A stretch of 64,000 nucleotides of DNA, taken from contig OX597816.1 of NCBI GenBank assembly GCA_951406725.2, positions 160,766,001 to 160,830,000 of the forward strand, in the 5' to 3' direction. The number at the start of each line of letters is the position of its first letter. Position 1 is the stretch's first letter. This stretch comes from Octopus vulgaris. Its lineage: Eukaryota. The translations under genes and the position numbers were made by a program. Shown here in pieces: positions 58,186 through 64,000 of the stretch. The notes under the pieces are model-generated. The model searched no databases. It saw nothing but the letters and a program-made list of their open reading frames with translations, and was not told the DNA's origin.

Positions 58186-59351
58186 CCATACATACATACG
58201 AAAGGGCAACAAGAGAAACAATTAATTTCACAAAAATCGATATGAAAAACAGACTGTTTTTAGACTTCTACAGAATCGATGTTTTCTTTGCCTCCAACAA
58301 CGCTCACAGTTGCCTTCTGAAAGCCACACAACCAAAATATCTCTTCAAGCCATCACTGCTTATCTTATTCATTATCTAAACAATGAACTGCCGTCTTAGG
58401 TCCTTTCTCAAACGTCCCCGCTATCATCGCAAGCACCTACTACATCGTTAATACTCCCTAAACCAGTAAATCTTAGATAATGCATCAAGGCCTAATTGAT
58501 TGGAGATTAGAAAAGAGAAAATTTAACATCAATATTGAAGCTGTTTAGGACAACAGGGCTGGCGTGGGTCGATCTTTAATCGGTTGATGTTGCTGATGCC
58601 TTTTATGCTTGTTGCAAGCATGGCGCAACAACTAGGAACCCCAATTGAATCTTTTCAGTGCTGCTTGTGCTTTAAGGGTAGATGCGGTGTGAATCCCAAT
58701 GGATTCTAGTGAACAAAAGTAACCCTACGCATAAAAGGGTTTCTAACTTAAGCACAAGACTGGGTATTTTGACAGCAGGGGGAGTAATCGATTCCATTGG
58801 CCTCTGTATTTAGACTGATGCTTTACGTTGTTGACCTTCAAAGGATGAAAAGCAAAGGACCTCGGCGGGAATCGAACTCAGAACGTGAAGAGTCAGAAAA
58901 AGCATATCACGAAACATTTTTCCGACGCGCTAACGACTATTCTTCCAGCTTGCAGTACTCGAAACATATTTTGTTGTGTCTGGGGAGAGTCGTTCTCTTT
59001 TAGTGCTTTATTATTTAACACACTCACCGGTAAAGTTTCCACTCATTTACTTATTTATTTTTACCGGTAAGTGTGTTAAATAATAAGGCACTAAAAGAGA
59101 ATGACTCTCCTCAGACACAACAATATATATATATATATATATACCATGTGATCTCTTGAGCACCACCAGCTCAAATATTTTTTCCTCTGTCTTCCCTTCT
59201 TGGGATCTTTCCTTCTTGTTTCCGACGAAGAGCTCCGCTCGAAACGTTAAACCCTCCTTCCCTTCTTTCCTGAGCGTCAATAATACTTTAATTGTTCCAC
59301 GTCCTGCGTTGGTGTGTTTTTTTCTTTTTTTCTGTGTTTTCTTGTTTGGAT

Positions 59352-59418
<67 letters not shown>

Positions 59419-61408
59419 CAAATTAAATGCTGGATTAATTTCTTGCAAAGATAATTGGTTCGGGACTACTTAATAACAAAACGGTGTAGGATTAGATGAT
59501 GTTGGTAATTTGATTGCAGATTCGACTGTTAATTTTGATCGGTGGTTTGATTACTGAGTTGAGAATTTGAATAATTTAGAAACCGGAAGGGGCTGAATTA
59601 GAGTGCTAAATATTAAGTTCGCATTCTGTAGAAACAAATCACCACTATGAGCACAGCCTATTATTGCATGCAATAAGCTCCTTCCTTTACCAGCCTTCCC
59701 AATAGCCTATGCAATCATCTGCAAACGTCCAGACACATTCAAAGCACTCACTGAAAAACATTACAACACCATTCCAAGAATTCTATTTCTCGCACTCTGT
59801 TCCCACAAACATAAAAATTTATACAGGCATTAAAATAACTTCTGTTAGTCGATGACCTAAAGAGGAACTGTGTGCACGGTCACCCTTCTCGTTGGAAATG
59901 AACGCTGAATGTTCCTCTAATAACAAACTACTTCTTAAAAAGGATGTGTTGATTGATGTGGCCATGACTTCATTGTGCTCAGCCATGGAGCCATTGTATT
60001 CACGATGAAGAGGTAATGGTCACAGCACTAAGGGATTTGGTTTTTTTACGTGGCTCGGTCGGAAAAGGAAATGTCAGAACTCATGAGCCATCTCTGGGCC
60101 TCCAAGACTGACAGGAGGGAGAAAAGTTGTCCTTAAAAAGGAGACCTGGCCCAAATGCTGGGAACAGAGTGATCCTCGCTAAAAGTACCCAAGGACACGT
60201 AGAGCGGGAGTGGAAACAGAATAAGGCGGTGGTTTACATCTATTGTTCAAGGAAAGGAACGGTTTCCACGCAGTTTCCATCAACCAAATTCTGCTCTTTG
60301 GTTGACTCGATACTACGCTATAAGACACTCAACTAGAGAGTAACATAATGGGATAGGATCCCCACCAAATCAACATAACTGTGAATCAGGCGTATTAATC
60401 ACTCAGCCATGCAAACACCTTGGTCTGCTCAATCAAGATTGATTTAAAATAAAGACAAAACAGCAACAACTAAATTATGTGTGTGCGCACGCGTGCGCGC
60501 GCACGTGCACGCACGATGAAGAAAATAAACTAAGGGAAATAACTCGAAGTGGCCAGTGTCATGTATTCCAACAACAATGATAGATAATGGTATATTAAAT
60601 ACCATACAAGATATATTCTTCGTGTATTGAAATTATCTCAGATCCAAGTGATGGAAGAACAATCGCTTGATGGCAGTTTGGACCAATTCTAAACGAGAAG
60701 TGAAATAACCTCAAGAACCAAGTATTCTCCAAAATTGAAATGCCATTAAGGAAATTGTTTGGAGACAAGAGGACAGCTGTGGAAACGTGTTTCTGTTTCT
60801 ACGGGCGTCGTCAGTACAGTTGTTGCCCTGCCTTGTCTCCAGCAGAACGAGATACTTAAAGATATACAAAAAATAGTAGAACAGTGTTAAGTCTAGATAA
60901 CGAAACATTATGTAAATGAAATAACTCAGAGTGAACTGTAGCATATATTTTAACACGAAATGTATATAAAAATATATTAAATACTATACGAGACAAATTT
61001 ATTGATTTATTAAAATTATTTCCATTTCCAGGGATAGTATAACAATCGCTTGGTGGCAACTGAAATCAACACTAAATGAGGGAGAAAGATAGCCTCAAGA
61101 ACCAAGAATTCCTCAAACTCGACATGCCACTCAAAGCTAATATATTCTCTCACAGTCAGGTCATTCAAGGGTCTAGTAGTTACGCTGATGAAGTCTAATA
61201 AGACCAAAACATGTCCGGAGCTATCATCATAATTTCCAAAGATCAGACTCACTCTTCACTGCATGTTCCCATTTAATTTTTAATGAATTTATATTTCACA
61301 GTTCTCTTCCTTGCATTTCTTCACAATAATTGTCATTAATTTAAATTATTTTTTTCTCCTCATTGCAAGTGTAAATTCAATTGATTAAAAAATTTCGACT
61401 AACACACA

Positions 61409-61500
<92 letters not shown>

Positions 61501-61547
61501 TACACATATATAAATACATATGCACACACATATACACATGGGTGTGT

Positions 61548-61580
<33 letters not shown>

Positions 61581-62918
61581 CATATATATATATGTATATA
61601 TATATATGCGCGTGCATATCATAATAGATATAAATGTATAATAGATATAAATGCTTACATGCATGTATGCATGTCTGTATATACGTATGTGTAAACCTAT
61701 CTAAATAGTCATAGGGTGCGAGAGAGAAAGAGAGAGGCGAGAAGAGATATATAGATAACTATATGAATAAAAACTACGATTATTCAGTTGTCAAACGAAT
61801 GTGCTCTCTTCATACACGGAATCACTATAAAGAAAAAAACACTACATATACACCAAAGGCAACAAATGACCAACTTAAAAATATAATACGGTGTGACCCA
61901 CAGTAATAACATCGCCAGTGTAGCGAGAAACTTCCACTCTCTGATCAAAAACGATTTTCTCAGCTCCTGCAAGTTTCACAAACTTTTTGACAAAAACTAT
62001 ATAAAAGTGAGCCACAGTTGCTTTCAAAATATGTGTAGCGTTACTAAAAGCTATAACGCAAAATATTTTACCTATACAATTGTAGAATTATCGATCTCTT
62101 TCCTTTGAAAAGGAAATGCTTGGAGGCTCACTCCACCAAATCGTACTGACGTCATCAAGAAGACACATAGACAAATTATATAAGATTCATAGTGCGTTCA
62201 TTCAAAATTACCTGAACCAACACTGCCATTTGGAAAACAATACACTTCTCTCAAAGTGTATTTGGAGATATACAAATAAATGAGACGCTGGTTTTAACAA
62301 AGGTGCAAAGCTACATATTTTAAGAGAAGATGCTGTTAACTTGATCGGCCTTGCTACTTCAGGGGTTGTTTATTTAATCAACATCCTCCAAAAGGTATAA
62401 AAAAAGATAAAACTAACTAAAGAGGGATTTGAACTTAGAATATAGAACAGCAAAGCATTTTGTAAAGAGCTTTTAACAATTTTGCTATTACTGCCCCAAC
62501 TATTTCTGAAAGAGCATCAATGTTTAGAATCAGGTCAAGGCACTACGTTAGGCTTCCTGTTATACAGAATTAAAAAAAGAACTTTACATTATCCAGTTCT
62601 AAACAAAATATAAATGAATTAATTACATTCTGCTGCCATCTGCCTAAACTGCACATAAATTTCCAGAAGTTTTGCCTGATATATGTGATATGATGAACAG
62701 CACTTGACGTCATGAACCATGTCACCAGTTGATGGCATCTGGTATTTTTCATAACTTTTAAACGCTATCTGTTATTTTTCTAATTTAACGCTGAGTACAG
62801 TTGACCAGATATTAATTATAGGTTCACAATCCTAGTTACCAAATATACATACAACAAACACATTCCATACACTGCTAATACATACATACATACATACATA
62901 CATACATACATACATACA

Positions 62919-63062
<144 letters not shown>

Positions 63063-63223
63063 AGATCCAGGGATCGAGGTGTAGGAAGAAAGTTAGCTTC
63101 AAGCAATCCGTGCCTTAAATTATAAGGCACTAAAAGAGAATGACTATCCCCAGACTCAACAGAATATGCTTCAACACACGAAATCACCTAAAGAATCTTG
63201 CATACCAAATCCAGAAAAACGAA

Positions 63224-63244
<21 letters not shown>

Positions 63245-63256
<12 letters not shown>

Positions 63257-63480
63257 GAAATGAGGTACTCAGAAATCTGGATGGTTTTATATTTACAGAT
63301 ATTTATTAATATGTCACATGTTTTTATAAATCATATATTAGCGCTTGCGTCCACTCTAGTGGAGTCGCCAGAGTGGACGCAAGCACTAATATATGATTTA
63401 TAAAAACATGTGACATTAATAAATATCTGTAAATATAAAACCATCCAGATTTCTGAGTACCTCATTTCTTCTAATATATA
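63245..63480. repeat. ~110-bp-arm fold-back in (TA)n
   Basis: Arms end in ..gcgtccactct / agagtggacgc.. around a 12-nt loop. Confidence 0.93.
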
Positions 63481-63504
63481 ATACCTGTACATCATCTCCA
63501 AACC

Positions 63505-63560
<56 letters not shown>

Positions 63561-64000
63561 AGAAAGTAATGTGAGCCTCTGTGTTTTATATAAATCATAT
63601 GTGCTTGCATGTAAGAGACGTTCATGAGTAAGACATGCAAGAGTGTGTACGTCTGAATGTGCGCATGCACACGCATGTGCGTGTGTATGTGTATGTGTGT
63701 GTGCACGCATCAGAATTAAAACCAGAATTAGTATATCATCATCATCATTTAGCGTCCGTTTTCCATGCTAGCATGGGTTAAGTACAGATATATTTTAAAT
63801 GAGAAAAAAATGCGAAGAACAATGACCAACTTTAACAAAATGTAATAATCATCTGTGTTTTGTGAGTTAATTTGGTAGGCGGAAACTATGGGGAAGCCTG
63901 TCATTTAGATATAAGTGTTTGCACATGTGTATGCGTGTGCTGCTGTATGTTTGTGTGTGTTTTTTTTTCGTGTTTGTGCTGTGTTTGTCCCCCACCACTG

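Overview
AT-rich, microsatellite-saturated eukaryotic DNA that is almost entirely transposable-element debris. The SINE families and repeat landscape look like an octopus (cephalopod) intron or intergenic region; that attribution is inference. No intact protein-coding gene is provable, and most listed ORFs are translated microsatellites. Supported contents: at least four tRNA-headed SINE families (many copies); CR1-like, RTE, Dong/R4 (REL), Tx1 and Vingi LINE relics; Penelope-like (GIY-YIG) fragments and fold-back derivatives; Helitron/Helentron ends; Tc1/pogo/hAT MITEs. Most notable: (i) a dense set of hammerhead-ribozyme motifs, canonical and core-variant, carried on Penelope tails; (ii) a Penelope 3' region containing a tRNA-like Pol III promoter upstream of a hammerhead, also present as a free SINE-like copy; (iii) a SINE/LINE pair with a shared 3' end; (iv) an in-frame internally deleted Dong/R4 element in TAA repeats; (v) a weak chain of phase-compatible minus-strand exon candidates. 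All coordinates were read by eye, and element edges are approximate.
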